A stretch of 64,000 nt of DNA, taken from NCBI RefSeq assembly GCF_009914755.1, contig NC_060932.1. One strand, 5' to 3'. The notes below the pieces were generated by a model. That model was not told the origin of the DNA. It saw nothing but the letters and a program-made list of their open reading frames with translations, and ran no database searches. Made by a program: the position numbers and the translations under genes. Below, piece after piece: positions 40,696 to 56,600 of the stretch. The stretch comes from the human T2T-CHM13v2.0 reference genome, Homo sapiens. Position 1 is the first letter of the stretch. Every line of letters starts with the position of its first letter.

Positions 40696-40822
40696 TTTTT
40701 CTTTCCTTTCCTTTCCTTTTGTTCTTTTCTTCTCCCTCTCCCTCCCTCCCCTCTTCTTTCTCTCCCCGTCTTTCTTCCTTTTCGCTTTTCTCTTCTTCCC
40801 TTCCATCCTTCCTTTTTCTTCT
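40696..40822. repeat. CT-rich polypyrimidine low-complexity tract
   Basis: Read directly. Confidence 0.9.
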
Positions 40823-41934
40823 TGAGAATATGAGCCTCGTCAAGTTATGTGAGATGGAGTTAAATCCAGGCTTCTGTTCTCTTTGTGACCAATTTTGCTG
40901 AGAAAAGTGATTGTCTAATTTAAGTTTCCAGCCAAGATTCAGGGTAGTAAATTTAATACAACATTTTGCTAATATTAATTCTACTAGAGCAAAGCCAAAC
41001 ATTTTTCATTAGCACACTTCTTGAATCTCATATTTTCAGAGCACAGTTTTTTTTCTTTCTCCTTGATTACCTCACTGAGAAATAAGGATTTATTTGCTTA
41101 GGAGCATGATGGCACACATTCAGCTAAAACCTGAATTATGTAAGAGTTATTACAAACCATTTAAGAGAGTGTCTCACGTGAATTCCCATTTTAGACAGTT
41201 TTTCAAAGACCCACAGGCCTAGAAGAGGAGAAAATAAGCTCACCTGGAAACAAAACAATTAAAATTTGCACACTCCCTATTGTCCTGCTACTATCATCTT
41301 CATGAAAACAGTGACTAAGAGGGATATCTCTATAATTCATGTAAATACAAATACTGCCTCCTGTTGGGATAGGAGGCTCCTTCACACGTATTATTTTGGA
41401 TAGTGCTAGCGATAACCCTACAAGTGTAAGAAACAGGAAATTGTCCATTGCTGAACTTCAGTTTGTATGGATGGTTGCATGTTTGGTGAGTGGCAGATCC
41501 ACAGTGTTAAGCCCAATCACCTTTCTCAAGTACAGGCCCTTTTGCCAGTTTGCCAAAGGAGGATTTTTCCCCAGTCTAGAGGTCAAAATACATCAGCAGA
41601 TGTACAGAAGGAGCACATTTGCCTCTCCACCTTGGCTTAGACATCATTATCAGAGGAAAGGCAAAGCACACTCTGAAACTGTAAGAACCACATCATAGTT
41701 ATTTTAGGAAGTAATTTTGGAAGAAGTTTCAAATGAGATGAAGAGAGGAAGACATGTGGTGGGATGCAATGTTTTGCACCTATAACCAAGACATAGATAT
41801 TTGGCAAAAATCATCTGCAAAACCACTTTGTGGTTTGTGGTGGACCTTAAGAAATTTCCAAAGTCAAATCATCATATTAAGTGTGATGTCAAGAGGTTTA
41901 AAGACAGAACTGGGCAAAGAGTTTTTTTATAAAA

Positions 41935-43180
<1,246 letters not shown>

Positions 43181-44130
43181 TAATAGATGTCTTGCTGCAG
43201 CACAAAAAATTAGTACAGGAATATGCCCTGTGATTTCAGAATTGACTAAGAGGCTGCCTCCTATTCCTTCTAAAAAAAAATGTCTCCTTCAACTCCATCA
43301 TATCTTTACATGGTTATCTGATCACTTATAGCCTTATTTTTCTTATGAGTCTAGCACTGGGATCAAGTTCTGGAATCTCCACTAAAAACTCAAAGCACAA
43401 ATGGGCCATGTTTTGAAATTTGAATACTTTCTCATTGGTAAGAACTTACTAATTTCCACTATTTTGTATTTCATTTGTATGGTGCTGTTGACTTAGGTTT
43501 TAAAGCCTCAGGTGCTTAACTCGTATATACAACAGTAGAACCTAAAAATGAGTCACTATTCATAATCTCTAACTGCTCACAGTATAATGATGAAACCCCT
43601 GTAGATAAACATTTACTAAGTCCTAACTTGTATAAAATCCTTTATGGGAAAAAAATTTAAGTTTTCTATTTTCTGCTAATAGAGTTCTCTACATTTCACT
43701 GGCAATTTGCAGTTCACATAGTCCTCTCACATACATTATCACATTTGAACTTATAATTAATTCAAAACTAATATCCATAACTGACTGTATAAATGCTATG
43801 CAAATTATAGAAAAGGGTGGAAGAAATGTAAATATCCATTTGTCATGTTAGTTCATTTTGATACAAGTGCTAAAATACTCTGATAGAATTGTGATTGCAG
43901 GCAATAAAATAAATCAAAAAAAAATTCCCCCTGAGTTTTTGGAGTAAAACCATATATAAATGTAAATGATTTGGTAGAATGAAGAAACTCTAGAAATGTC
44001 TTCTCTTCTCATTTCTGCAATTTGCATAAAGTAGGTGAACTGCTTATGACCATTTTGGTTTGCTTAGGATCCTTGTTAGAATATTTATGAAGATTTACTC
44101 TGGCAGATTATAAACTCTAGAAGGCATTTA

Positions 44131-44820
44131 TTTTTTAAAAATAAACTTTTTATTTACAACAATGTTAGATTTACACAATTACTGTGAAGACAGTACAGAG
44201 ACTTCCCCTATGTCCTGCCTTCTAATTTCGTCTATTATTTTCAGCTTATAGTAGTACAGTGTTACTGTTACGACTAATGAACCATTATTAATACGTTATT
44301 CATTAATGTCCATACGTTATTTGGATTTTTTTTTTTTTAGTTTTTACTTAATGTTCTTTTTCTGTCCCAGGATCCCACCCAAGATCCTACATTACCTTTA
44401 GTCTTTATGTTTCTTTAGGCTCCTCTTGGCTGTGACAGTTTCTCAGACTTTCATTGTTTTTTGATAAACTTGACAATTTTGAGCAGTACCTGTCAGGTAT
44501 TTTGTAGAATGTCCCTCAATTGGAATTTGTCTAATGTTTTTCTCATGATTACTCTTGGGTTATATTTATTTGGGAGGAAGATCATAGAGGTCAAGTGCCA
44601 TTTTCATCACCTTAGGAAGAATAAATACAGTCAACATGATGTATCACTGGCTAGGTTGAGCTGGATCACCTGGCTAAGGTAGTGTTTCTCCACTGTACAG
44701 TAACTCTTCTTCCTCTTTCTATACTGTACTCTTTGAAGGAAGCCACAATGCTCAGCTCACTTATGGAGTGGGGAGTTATGCTCCATGTTTTTGAGGGTGG
44801 AGTATCTACATAAATTATTA
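44131..44820 (-). mobile_element. L1MC-type 3' UTR
   Basis: ccaggatcccacccaagatcctacatt...aggtattttgtagaatgtccctcaattgg...gggtggagtatctacataaatta. Confidence 0.8.
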
Positions 44821-45480
44821 AGTCTGATAGCCATTTTAAATTTTAAAAAGCTAGGAGTCCAGAAGTCAAAGGGTGTTATAAAAAGCGAAGAGGAAAACAA
44901 CGAGGAAATTCATACAAGGAAGCCAAGAACTAAGGAAATCAAGGTAATGACTGCAGCTAAGGTAAGAGGTAGGCTTACACTCCTCCACACTGGCAAAGCT
45001 TCATGACTCAAGACACAGTCCGTGCAACTCTTTCCTGCCTGCCCAGTTTCTCTGGAAAAGTAAAGCATTCAAACATTTGGAAACTGTAATGAAGTCCATA
45101 AACCTTTTACTTTTCTCCTGGGATCATCCCAGGAACATAACATTTCCTTCACTGCCAGTGCCTGTGCTGCAATAAAGGTTGTGGTCTCCAAAATGCATAG
45201 AATGGTTTCCAGGCAGAGCTCAGTATTTTCTCTTGGAGTGGGTAAGTGTGGATATGTGTTGAAAAGATGTGCCAGCTTGTAGTTAAAGGAGTAAAATGAG
45301 ATAGAGATTAAGTAATTTGCTTAAGATCTTCAAAGTTAATTATTTCTATCTTCACCATTCAACTAAAAGTGCTCTCCCACAACCCCCAAAAGAGTATTTG
45401 CTGTGAAATTCAATGGTCCTTTCTCCTTCCTATTCTCCTTGATCTTTTTTCTTCATTTGACTTTGTTAACTACCTTTTGG

Positions 45481-45955
45481 TGTTGGATAGCTATTGCTAT
45501 GTAACAAACCATCTCAAAACTCTGTGGCTTAAGAAAGCAATCATTTATTGCTGCTTATGCACCTGTGGGTAGCTGCAGTTTATCTAGGCTGGGTTCAACT
45601 AGGTAGCACTACTTCTAATGAAAACCTGCTAGTTGGCTGGGGAGTCACTGGTCTGTGTGTCTTTTACCCTTGTTCACAGTTCAGCATGCTGGCTGTCGCA
45701 TATTTTTTACTATAGCAACGGTAGAAGGGCAAGAGAACAGTGGTAACATCTGAAGTCTCTTGAGAGCTAGGCTTGGAATTGGCATCCTGTCATGGTGCCA
45801 GTGGTTAAAGTTACAATAATGTTTACTGTCAAATCAAGTCACATGAACAAGAGACAAAAAATACACTGTATCCTCAAGGAGGCCATAGCTAGTGTGTGGA
45901 TACAGGGATAAGTGAAGAATTGGTGTCAGTAACACAGTAATGCAATCTGTCATAC
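45481..45955 (-). mobile_element. MLT1-family MaLR LTR
   Basis: gctattgctatgtaacaaaccatctcaaaactctgtggcttaagaaagcaatcatttatt...tgtggatacaggga...tgcaatctgtcata. Confidence 0.7.
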
Positions 45956-46910
45956 CCTTGCTTCTTGAAACATTCTCTTCTTCTTCTTTTTCTTTTTTAA
46001 CAGAACCTTGATCCTCTCCCCTTTTATTATTTAATTCTTCCTCCTTCAACCTCAGTGCTGTATGTAAGCTTTACCTTAGGCTTAACCTTTCCATCCTGAC
46101 TTTCTCTGTGTTTATGCTCTTCCTAAGAAAGCTTATCTCGGCTCAGACTCCCTGATGCCCTAATGATCATTTCCGGTTTACCAATTGGGCATTTCCATTT
46201 GGAATTGCCTAAATTCATAATCTTTGCTCCCTTGTTCCTCTTAAATCAATGTTTGCTTCCAATACAAAGCTGTATCTCTGAAAAAGACTTGGGTCTTTGG
46301 ATAATTGTTTTGATGTGAAAGGAAAAACAAAAGCACACAAAGTCCCAATGAAAACCTATTCTACAACAACAGGAATAGGACATCTCTAAAAATTAAAAGG
46401 GAATATATCTGAAAGGAAACCATAATGACAAAAAGAGTATTAAGCACCATTTTCTATGAGAAAAGGTTAAAGTTACAATTTTTTTTAATCTAGAGATTAT
46501 GTAGGGTATCATGACCACCATGCTTAGATAGTTGAAAGTGTGTGGTGTGGGGAGACTTGAGGGTTTTTTCTATATAGCAGAACTACCCCCACTGGGTGGA
46601 TTTGAAGGAGGAAAATTTTGGCTTAATATAAGGAAATGATTTTTAGTAAGAAGAACTATACAGAAACAGAATGGGCTAATATCTTTATTTTTTATCTGTG
46701 TCACTTCTCTCTCCTGAAAAAGTCTTGCTCCCCCTTTTCCCAATTATCCATAAAATTCCTATCCATTCTTCAAGATTATCCCGAGCCTTCATCCCTCCAT
46801 AAACTCTTCCCTGACTACTCAAATTGTATTGATTCCTTTCATGTTGCTAATCTACCACCCCTCCCCAACTAAAATAAGAGTCCTTTGAAAGTAGAAATAG
46901 GACATTCTAA

Positions 46911-47376
<466 letters not shown>

Positions 47377-48336
47377 TGATTTCACAAGAGGACTTGGCTT
47401 CTGATTTTAAGGAAAACTTAGGGGGAGTAGCAGATTTTGCCATCACTTGCCATCCAAGCTCATATTTTCCTGCTCACCAAAGAAAAACACTGAATCTAGA
47501 GATCCTCTAAGATCTTAGATTTATAGCTCAGATAATTTACTGAGTGAAATAGAGTGAATTTGCCATCACTTCTTCATGTCTGAAAATTATTTAAAACAAA
47601 AATCACGTGGCAAATGGGCATATATGATGTGGAGGAATACACACAGAACTGGAGAGCTGTCATTCTAGTTTGTATTCAGGTCTGCCTGTTGTCATAGTTA
47701 CTGATGTACTCAAAGCGAATTCCCTCCCAAATCACACTCTGTAGACCTTCACTGAAAATAAGTCATACTTCCTGTTTTATTTTTCTCTATCCAAGAGTTG
47801 AAGCTAAAAAATAGCATCAATGGCATGAATGTTTCTACATTCTTAGCAGGATTTTTTAAACATAAAGGAAATAAAAGAGCTTTCATCAAAATAAACACCT
47901 CTGATTGAGGCCTCACCTCATTTGTTCAGCAATGATTCATTGTACTGGGGAAACAACTATGATTATGGCGCAATCCCTACCCTCAAGGACATCAGAGCTG
48001 TGTGAGGGAGAAAGATGGGTAAGGGATGCATTTCAACAAAATGCAATTGGGGCTGTGGAGGAAGCAGAGTATGGAAAGCCACAGGAACACAGAAGAGGGA
48101 CATCTCATTAAGTTTGGGGTGCAGAGCCAAGGGAGGTGTCCAACCTGCAAGTCTTGAAGCATTATGGCTGTGAAGTTTAGCAAATGTATTTTCAGTCCCT
48201 TTGGGTACAGGACGCCAGTGTGACCCTCCAGGTGGGGTTCATGGAGCAGTGGCATGCGGAGGCCAGCACTGTTGCACGCAACATGCTATCACCTGCTCAT
48301 ATTCACACACAGCTCTCCTTTCTGCTCTGGCTGCAG

Positions 48337-48511
48337 GAACTCCTTCACAGACATCCTTCGTGCCATCCTGCTGTCATTGGAAGTCCTAATCGAAGATCCG
48401 GAGCTTCAGATAAATGGCTTCATTTTAATTATAGACTGGAGTAATTTTTCCTTCAAACAAGCCTCCAAACTGACACCTTCAATCCTTAAACTGGCCATTG
48501 AAGGGTTGCAG
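48337..48511 (+). CDS. CLVS1: Internal coding exon (175 nt) of clavesin-1, CRAL-TRIO/Sec14 lipid-binding domain (probably exon 3)
   Basis: Acceptor ctctcctttctgctctggctgcag|G at 48336/48337 and donor CAG|gtatgt at 48511/48512. Translation (R)[58 protein letters not shown] matches my recollection of CLVS1 (CLVS2 differs: EAMIEDPELQVNGFVLII). Upstream intron is phase 2, downstream phase 0. Confidence 0.93.
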
Positions 48512-51389
48512 GTATGTTCAATGAATGCGCAATACAAGACCATGTGTGGCAACATACTTTTTAAAAAATTATCGCAACCAAAGTAATATTTATCCTTTGG
48601 AGTGGAAAAAGGAAACTTGGATTAAATTCATCTGAGTACTCCATGTTTTTGCCTCAGCCAGAGTTTTAGATGCTTTTTAAAATTAACTTTCATTTTCATT
48701 AATAACTCCAAATTACTGTTACCCCAGGCACAAATTATCCTCTGTAGCAATAATGAATAAAGCTCCAAGATGTTCGGCTTAATCCATCAGAGAGTTCACA
48801 AAAATTAAAACTAGGAAACATCTGCTTTATGATCATGTCATATACAGGGGTGGCATGGGGCTTTCAGAAGCATTTTTGTGCCCCAGAAATGCACCCTGCA
48901 GATCACTACTTCCAAGAGTGTAACGTGCTACCGAGCTTGCGCTTAAGTGGATCACTTCAGTGCAAACAAAGGAAGCAGATGACATTACCTCCTGTTTGTA
49001 TGACCACTTATGAGGATTTTGGAGAAGAGGTTTTTGGGCTACATGGAGGGTAGAATGGTTAGTCTTCAGGGTTCTTTCTACTTTCTAAGGATCTGGGATT
49101 CTATGAGAAGTAACTCAGAAAGGCAATGCTGCTTAGCTTTCTGGTGACACATTATTACAAATTACTATTACTATAACAAATTAAGGGCATAGTTTGGAGA
49201 CATTTTGAATCAGAATAGATAAAACTTATGTCCCTTCTTAATTTCATAGGCAGATTAACTCTATGGAGTGACCCTCTCCCCATAGACGGCAGTTATAGGC
49301 AGCTATGTATATAGCAAAATATGACATTCTCAGATCAAGTAGTCATTACTCATGCTCTTCAAAGTGCAAGACTAGGACCCATTTCAATCATCCATTACAC
49401 TCCACTGCAATAATTGGTGGGTCTGTTTCTTACATTATGACTTCTTCCTATTTGGCCCCCAGCAAATATCTGGCACCTAGTGGGCCTCTGATAAGCATGT
49501 ATTTATTGAATGGATCTTATTTTATTGAAATGTATCCTATTTCCCAGAGGAGGAGAAGTAGGGCAGGCATTTCAGAAAAGAAACAGCAAGTCCACATTGT
49601 TCCAGGGATGCCACATTGTCCTGGGTGGCTACATCATATAGTGTATTTGGGGGACATTTGTAAAATTGCTTTTGAATGTACAGACTACATGGAGCATCCT
49701 GCCTTGCCTAATCATAGACTTCTGTGTTCTTTTCCATCAGTCACTTCCTCTTAGCTCTAACTCCTTTTCTCCAACCTCCTCTCACCTAAGCCTCTGAACA
49801 TCTGATCTCTCTCTCTTTAAAGCTTTTATCAAAGGAAGTTTTAAAGTAAGCTTCAGGGCTTATATCATGCGCTTAAATTATGCTGACCATATCTCTAGGA
49901 ATTTCTGTACAAGCTGCATGTAATCTTACCTTTTTTAAAAAAGATAATTTATTACATGTGCAAGTAACTGTGATTCAAGTTCTAGCCCTTTATACATTTT
50001 TTTTCTTAAATCAGTAAGAAAAATGTCCTTTATCCAACCCTATGATCCAATTTTTCTCCCTGAAAATGTATGGATTACTTAATACGTCCCTTGAAAAGTT
50101 CAATACATTGATGTGAACCTACTGAGATCTTACTGAATTAATCCATGCGAATGTGTTTTAAAAGGTAATGCTATATATAAATCAAAGCTATTCTTGTGGG
50201 AAATACTAGAAGACCTTTGGAGGGGCAACTTGGGTCCCATTTGGGCCTTCAGTTGTCACACGCCAGGGTCCAAGACGAATTTCATAATGTCCTATGGCTT
50301 TGGTTAAGGAACAGCCCACCTATCATGGAGAGGAAGCCCATGGTCCCTGGGGAGCTGAGCTGGGGTACAGTTCCTTCATCAAGGATAGGGGCTCCACCAT
50401 CCCATGCTTTTTAGCTTGTTGACTTGGCCATGCTGAGGAAGCACTCAGGGCTACTGAAGACAATTCTGCTCTTGCCCACAGTGGATGGTCAACTCTGCCC
50501 AGCTACTTAAAACTTCTCACTTCAGGCTATCTGCTCTCTGGTTTTGGGATATTCAGATGCCCCGGTCAATCTACCACTGGCTCTCCTAGCAACTTTTTTC
50601 AGGTAGCCATTAACCCCTCTGATGTCTTGAAAAAGCCGTAAGTGGTACTAAGCAGAGTTCATTCCTTTGTGGTCAGCAGTACTGTGCAAGGAGGGCCCAA
50701 TACAGGTGTCCATTTGTTAGCCACAAAAATTCAAGATAAATTCCAACACCACTGGCAGACTTTAATAGGGAAAGGAAAAGCCACATGCAGCCAGCATCAA
50801 TGAGAGAAAAGCCACATGCTTCCTTCCTCCCATGCACCCTCAGAGAGACCTGAAGAAGCCAGCCATCCTTTGGACATGTGGGAGGTTGTGAGGGAGGGAG
50901 ATCCTGTGTTCCAGTGCAGAGAACTTGCTCTCTCTGCCATCCCGCCTTTTCTAGAGTAGGTGTGAGAAAGTGGCCTTGTCAGGGGAAATAAGCAGTCCAA
51001 TTTGGTGCTAGGCCATCTGGTTTGGGATTTCAGCTGTTTGTTTATAGCATTTGTCTAGGATTACCTGCTTCTCAACCTCTGGAGAATTTTGGGCCTTGGG
51101 TTATGAAACCCTCCCCCCCTTTCCCCACCCTCCCCCATCTCCACCACCAAATGGGTAATACAATACCTCCTGCAGGGACAAGGTGGTTGGGCCCCTCCCA
51201 GACAGCCCAATCTTTAGGCAGTGAGAATTTAAGGTCATTCTGGGTCAATCCTGCACGTTGCATCACAGCATGGTTCCAGAACCTGGAACTTTAGTCCTAT
51301 TACCATGGTTCCTAGTTCTCCATAAAGACAGTTGTTGAAGGAGAACTTTGATTAGTAATTGCTACACGTTGGGTTGTTGACTACTAATT

Positions 51390-51765
51390 GTTACACTTTG
51401 AGTTCTCTGGGGAGCAGACTATGATGTGACTAACATGCCAAAGATTTATTAGGTAGTGCTCTTTGGGTCCACACCTGTTGGGGAAGCTACTACAGAAGAA
51501 AGTTGGACAGTAGGAGAAATTAAGCTGGGATTCAGTCATCTCCAGTGAAGCCTCGGACATTCTGAAGCCGGAATGAGCATTTGCAGTTTGACTTAACAGG
51601 CAGGGATGCACACAGCGCTCAGTCACTGTGTGCTGGCTGTCCTAGGAAAAGGTAGTAAACTTGGGCAAAGTGGTTCTCTTCAGCTAGAGGTTCCAAAGGG
51701 AGCTGTTATCTGAGGACTTTCTGGCAGCCCTCTCAGTGGCTGGGCAGCATATCAGAGCATCTGTA
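51390..51765 (-). mobile_element. LTR16-like ERVL LTR
   Basis: gagcagact...agatttattaggtagtgctctttgggtccacacctg...aaacttgggcaaagtggttctcttcagctagagg resembles recalled LTR16A antisense. Confidence 0.6.
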
Positions 51766-53171
51766 ATAAGCAAAAGATGTTTGGAATATCTTTTGGAAAA
51801 GCCATTGCAATGTAACATCAAGGAGCTTCTATTATTCTGAATCAGGATATATACCTGTGTTTTCTGGATTACTCACATTCCCAATAGACTCCAAAGTGGA
51901 TGTGATTCTAGGTACTATAGAAGTGATGGGCACTGGGCTAGCAAGCAGGGGACAGTGTTCTATTTTGGTCTACCAGTTGTATTTCTGTGCTTTAAAAAAG
52001 TAATTAATACTACTTCTGACCATAATCATTAAAAAATGGCATGTGCGTGGAGCTTGGTTATGCCCTTCACAGGCTTATTAATGAGTCATTATAACAATCA
52101 TATTGAAGGCCTCTCTTTAGGGATCATCAGATTTTTACATCAAAATTTATCTTGTATCAGCCAGTCATGAAATGTTAATCGTGTATGTATTATAAATTCC
52201 TCCTTTTAGAGCAATGCTTTGAAGAATTGTCATTGTTTAGAATATTAAGTTGCCCCAGTTACATAAATATTCTATAAATATTAGTTCAAAAAATCTTAGT
52301 CAAAATACTAATTTTGAGAGTGCTTGAAAGTCATATACTCCTGCTGGGCTGTTTGATCTTTAAATGTGGTCAATATAAAGTCTAAAAGAGCCGTTGTATC
52401 TGTTCATTACAATTTGTTTAAATTTTAATCAAACAAAGTAATATTTATGCTACCATTTTAATACAGCTCAGCGTTATTCTCAGTTCTGCTGGGGATTTCT
52501 GGCAGAATGAGACGTCTTGTTCTTGAGCTTTGTGACATGTCCAAAATCAATTTTTGGAATTATTTTTTATAAATCACTGCAGCCCAGTGATTACAATCAA
52601 TGTACTGTGTTTATCAATGTTCAGCCAACCCAGATACTTCAAGAGCTACCTTCCTCAAGTGTTTCACTTAGGAAGAGTTACAGTCTTGTGTCCTGTAGGC
52701 TATTTAAAAATATTTGATTCCTTGAAGGACCCAGATATTTGTTACGGATTTAGAGAAGTGTATTTTTCACTTTCTGGAAGAGATCCAGAAAGCGATCTAT
52801 TTTTTGTTTTTTTCTCATTTTCATGCTCATGTCATTATGGTCTAGCCATTCTGAACACTTTGTGCGTTCCTTAACTCTTTATTCAAGGTTTATTGTGTGA
52901 CCTTTTTTTTTTCTGTTAAAGATGTTTTTTATGACATTTATATCAACTTTGATTCAACTTCTTCCAACAGTTTTGAGCCACTTTAGTAGAAAAGGAGGTC
53001 CGTTGCTTTTCCAACTCTTTTCTTTTTTTGACCCTAAATGATGACTTTCTAACTTTTAGTCCAGGTAGGATGGAACATGGAGCAATGCTCAGAGGCTTAG
53101 CCAACTGCAAATCACCTATCTCCCTAGTGTCCTTTATTTATTTAATTATTTTTTTGTGTTACGAGAATTAC

Positions 53172-53745
53172 GTTTTTTTCCTTTCAACTTTTATTTTAGG
53201 CTCATGGGGTACATGTGCAGTTCTGTTACGTGGGTAAACTGTACGTTGCTGAGGTTTGGTGTACAGATTATTTCATTACCCAGGTAGTGAGCATAATACT
53301 CAATAGGTAGTTTTTTGTTCCTCGCCCTCCTTCTACCCTCCAACTTTAAGTAGGTCCTGGTGTCTATTGTTCCCTTCTTTGTGTCTATGTGTACTCAGTG
53401 TTTAGCTCCTACTTATAAGTGAGAATGTGAGGTATTTGATTTTTTGTTCCTACGTTAGTTTGCTTAAAATTATGGCCTCCATTTGCATCCATGTTGCTGC
53501 AAAGGACAGGATTTCATTCTTTTTTTACAGCTGCATACTATTCCATAGTGTATATTTATCACATTTTCTTCACCCAGTCCACTGTTGATGAGCATCTAGG
53601 TTGATTCCATGTCTTTGCTATTGTGATAGGGCTGTGATGAACATATGCATGCATGTGCCTTTGTGGTAGAATGATTTATATTCTTTTGGGTATTTACCCA
53701 GTAATGAGATTGCTGGGTTGAATGGTAATTCTGTTTTTAGCTCTT
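53172..53745 (-). mobile_element. L1PA15/16-like 3' end
   Basis: caacttttattttaggctcatggggtacatgtgcag...gctgaggtttggtgtacagattatttc. Confidence 0.88.
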
Positions 53746-54169
53746 TGGCATCTCTTTTTTAATACTCCTCAAACCTTGGTTTATTCTCTCTGGCTTCCTT
53801 CCCACAGCCTGCCCCCTTTTCCAAAACATGATATGTTCACTTCTCTTTGGCAAATCCAAAGTGCCATATTCACTCAAAAGATTAGAACGATGAAAAGTCT
53901 GTCACATCAATGGGCAATGGTAGTTCATGAGTATCAATGATTGATCATATTGTGATTAGTAATTTTGACAGTCAGATTGGGCAGATGCATTTCAAGTTAG
54001 CAATATTAATATATTCACACCAATTCTGCAGTCCATACGTCAGATATGCAGACATCCTGACTCGTGGTGTATTCATCCAACATAAAATATGGGTCAGCTA
54101 GTCTTCTAAACAGGAGTACAGCAGGGAAAAAAGCCAACCTGGCTTCCAGGTGCTTACAGTCAGTCTAGG

Positions 54170-54540
54170 GCCTTACTTCTCCAGGTGTAGTCCACAAACC
54201 AGCACTACCAGCAGAACTGAGAGCTGGTTAGAAATGCAGATTTTCAGGCCCTGCCCCAGACATACTGAATCAGAGCTGTATTTCAACAAGTCCTTCGGGT
54301 GATTTGCATGCATATTAAAGTTTGAGAAGCCCTGCCCTAACACATGGTATTATAGTAGAACGTGATGGATATCAACTTTAAGCACCGCAGATGCCACTGG
54401 AGGGTTAGTTACAACCCACAGTGCTGACCCCACTCCCAGAGTTTCTGATTCCATAGATCTAGAGCAGAGCCCAAGAATTTACACTTCACACACACTTCCA
54501 GGAGATGCTGCTGCTGCTGGTACAAACCACACTTTGGTGT
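54170..54540. mobile_element. Two adjacent MER5-family DNA transposon copies in opposite orientation
   Basis: gttagaaatgcagattttcaggccctgccccagacatactgaatcag...aaagtttgagaagccctg, then cccagagtttctgattcc...ccaggagatgctgctgctgctggt...accacacttt. Confidence 0.7.
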
Positions 54541-54559
54541 GGGTGAGAGTAGAGCCCAC

Positions 54560-54735
54560 TGTCTGGGCTTCAGTCTTGGCTATGCCCCTCAAAGACCTCA
54601 GGCAAATCATTCACTTTCTGGGTCTCGGTTTCCTCATTTGTGAAATGTGGTGTCAGTACCCTCCTCAGAGGTTTATGGTGAAAATCAAATAGTACATGCA
54701 ACATGCCTGGTAGACAGCCAGTGGCTACTCAATGT
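54560..54735 (+). mobile_element. MIR
   Basis: ggcaaatcattcactttctgggtctcggtttcctcatttgtgaaatg. Confidence 0.7.
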
Positions 54736-55569
54736 TAGAGTGTTGTTGAAAGAATGAAGAGGGCAGCCCTTGTCTGTGGGCCCATGTGGCTCTAGTGCAC
54801 TCATTTAAATGAAATCACTCTCAATTGCCCCAGCGCTGTAATTTGGATCTCTGAAAATTAGACCTTACCAGCCTGTTCACTGGCCCTAAACAAGAGAGTT
54901 CCTTATTTCTGCTCACTATAGGTAATGACTTAGGGCGAGATTGGTGTCACCTGCCCACGCAGTGACACTGGAGGCACTTTTTCTTTCTGTTCATGTGGTG
55001 TGATCATTTTAATTATCACCTGACAATTGAGGGATGAATCCTTTCCCAATGCCTTTGCAGTGTGGTGATTAATGAGGCTGAAATGCACCTCTTTCATCCT
55101 GTAGGACTCTCTTCAGCAGTAACATTTATAGCATCTTTTATTAATTTTTACAGTTTTCATGTATTAAAGAATGTTAGATAGAACAGATGGAAGGAGAAGG
55201 ATATTTGCATTTTGTCAAGAAGTTTTTTAATTCATGTTTTCTAAACACTCTGGTGATGCTTGAAGGACACTTTTCCTCTAGGCAAACTATGTTTTACCTC
55301 CTCAGGTCACAAAGCTGTAATTTTGAATTTGCAAGAGTGCATTATGTTATGATATGAATATTAGAGGAATAAATATCTCCTCCAATGCTCTACCTTATTA
55401 AGTATCAATTAAACTCAGGAAGATAATTAGGGCTAATGACACTCTGGTGATTCTGATGGCAGGCTCAGTATGGCCCATTTTAAATAGTGCCATTTAAATG
55501 AGTTTATCTTTGGTGTACTTTTGATAAATGGTGTTTTCAGACTCCCATGCATTATAAACCTCACCAGCC

Positions 55570-56600
55570 CTCTGATTCATCCATTTAGGAAGCAGTCACT
55601 AAGCTGTTACTTCCAGCCAGTCACAAAGATAAACAGATGCAGTTCCTCTTCTCAGGAAGGTCATAGTTCAAAGCAGAGGTGGACTTACAAAGAAATGATT
55701 TCTTTAAAATATTTGGAAAAAGAGACATGTACCAAGCTAATAAAATCCCAGAGGAGGAATCCAATCTAGCCATGTGGAGTTAGGAATGGCATCCTGGGCA
55801 AGGCCAGGCCTCAGCTGATACTTAGCAGGTAAGCGTGGAATAGTAAGTGAAGATGCAAGAAGTGCTTACAGACAGTGGAGAGAATACAGACAAAGACAGA
55901 GACACAGCTCAGTAGGAGAGAGAAACAGAATTAATTTAATTTTTTTGGAATGCACAGGCACCAGGCAAGGAGCTTGTTTGCCCCTGCACCATGCTAAGGA
56001 GTTTGTTCTCTTCCTGCAGACTTAGAGAGCCACTGGACATATGGAAGCAAGATGGCAACACAGATTTATATTTCACATGGGATTAATTTGGTGGCTATGA
56101 GCAGGGAGGGGTTAGAGGCAGGAGAACCAATTAAAAGTCAACTGCAATAATTTACATAAGAAATGATAAGCATCTGAACTAGGAGTGATAAAAGGGATTC
56201 AATAACCACATAGGAAGAAAGATAAGGCAATGGTTGAGGGTTGGCTGCGTGGGAAGTGGTGGAGGAGGAGTTAAGGATGAAGGTCAGATGTGAAGCTAAG
56301 GTGAAGGGTGAATGGTGATGCCGACTGGTGATATCGTGCAGACAGGAACGGGCAGGTGTGGGAGGTATTGAGCATTTTTTAGGGGTTAGATATGCTGAAT
56401 TTAAGATACTGTGGATATCTTCATCATTTACCTTAAATCTGAGCTGAAGGAAGAGAAAGAGGTTTAGGATGGATCCATAGATTTGGTGGTACTTGAAATC
56501 AGAGGAAAGAAAAGACCATTCAGAAAAAACCTAGGGAGGGAGAAGCAGTGACTGAGAAAAGAACCCAAGTGAAGAGCAATACATCATGAACAAGTTAGAT
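55570..56600 (-). mobile_element. L2 relic
   Basis: gattcatccatttaggaagcagtcactaagc...catgctaaggagtttg...gaggcaggagaaccaatt. Confidence 0.6.

Noticed and set aside
48254-48586. 110-aa ORF as a standalone protein
   Set aside because: Only 48337-48511 is clavesin-like and bounded by splice sites; the flanks are intronic read-through
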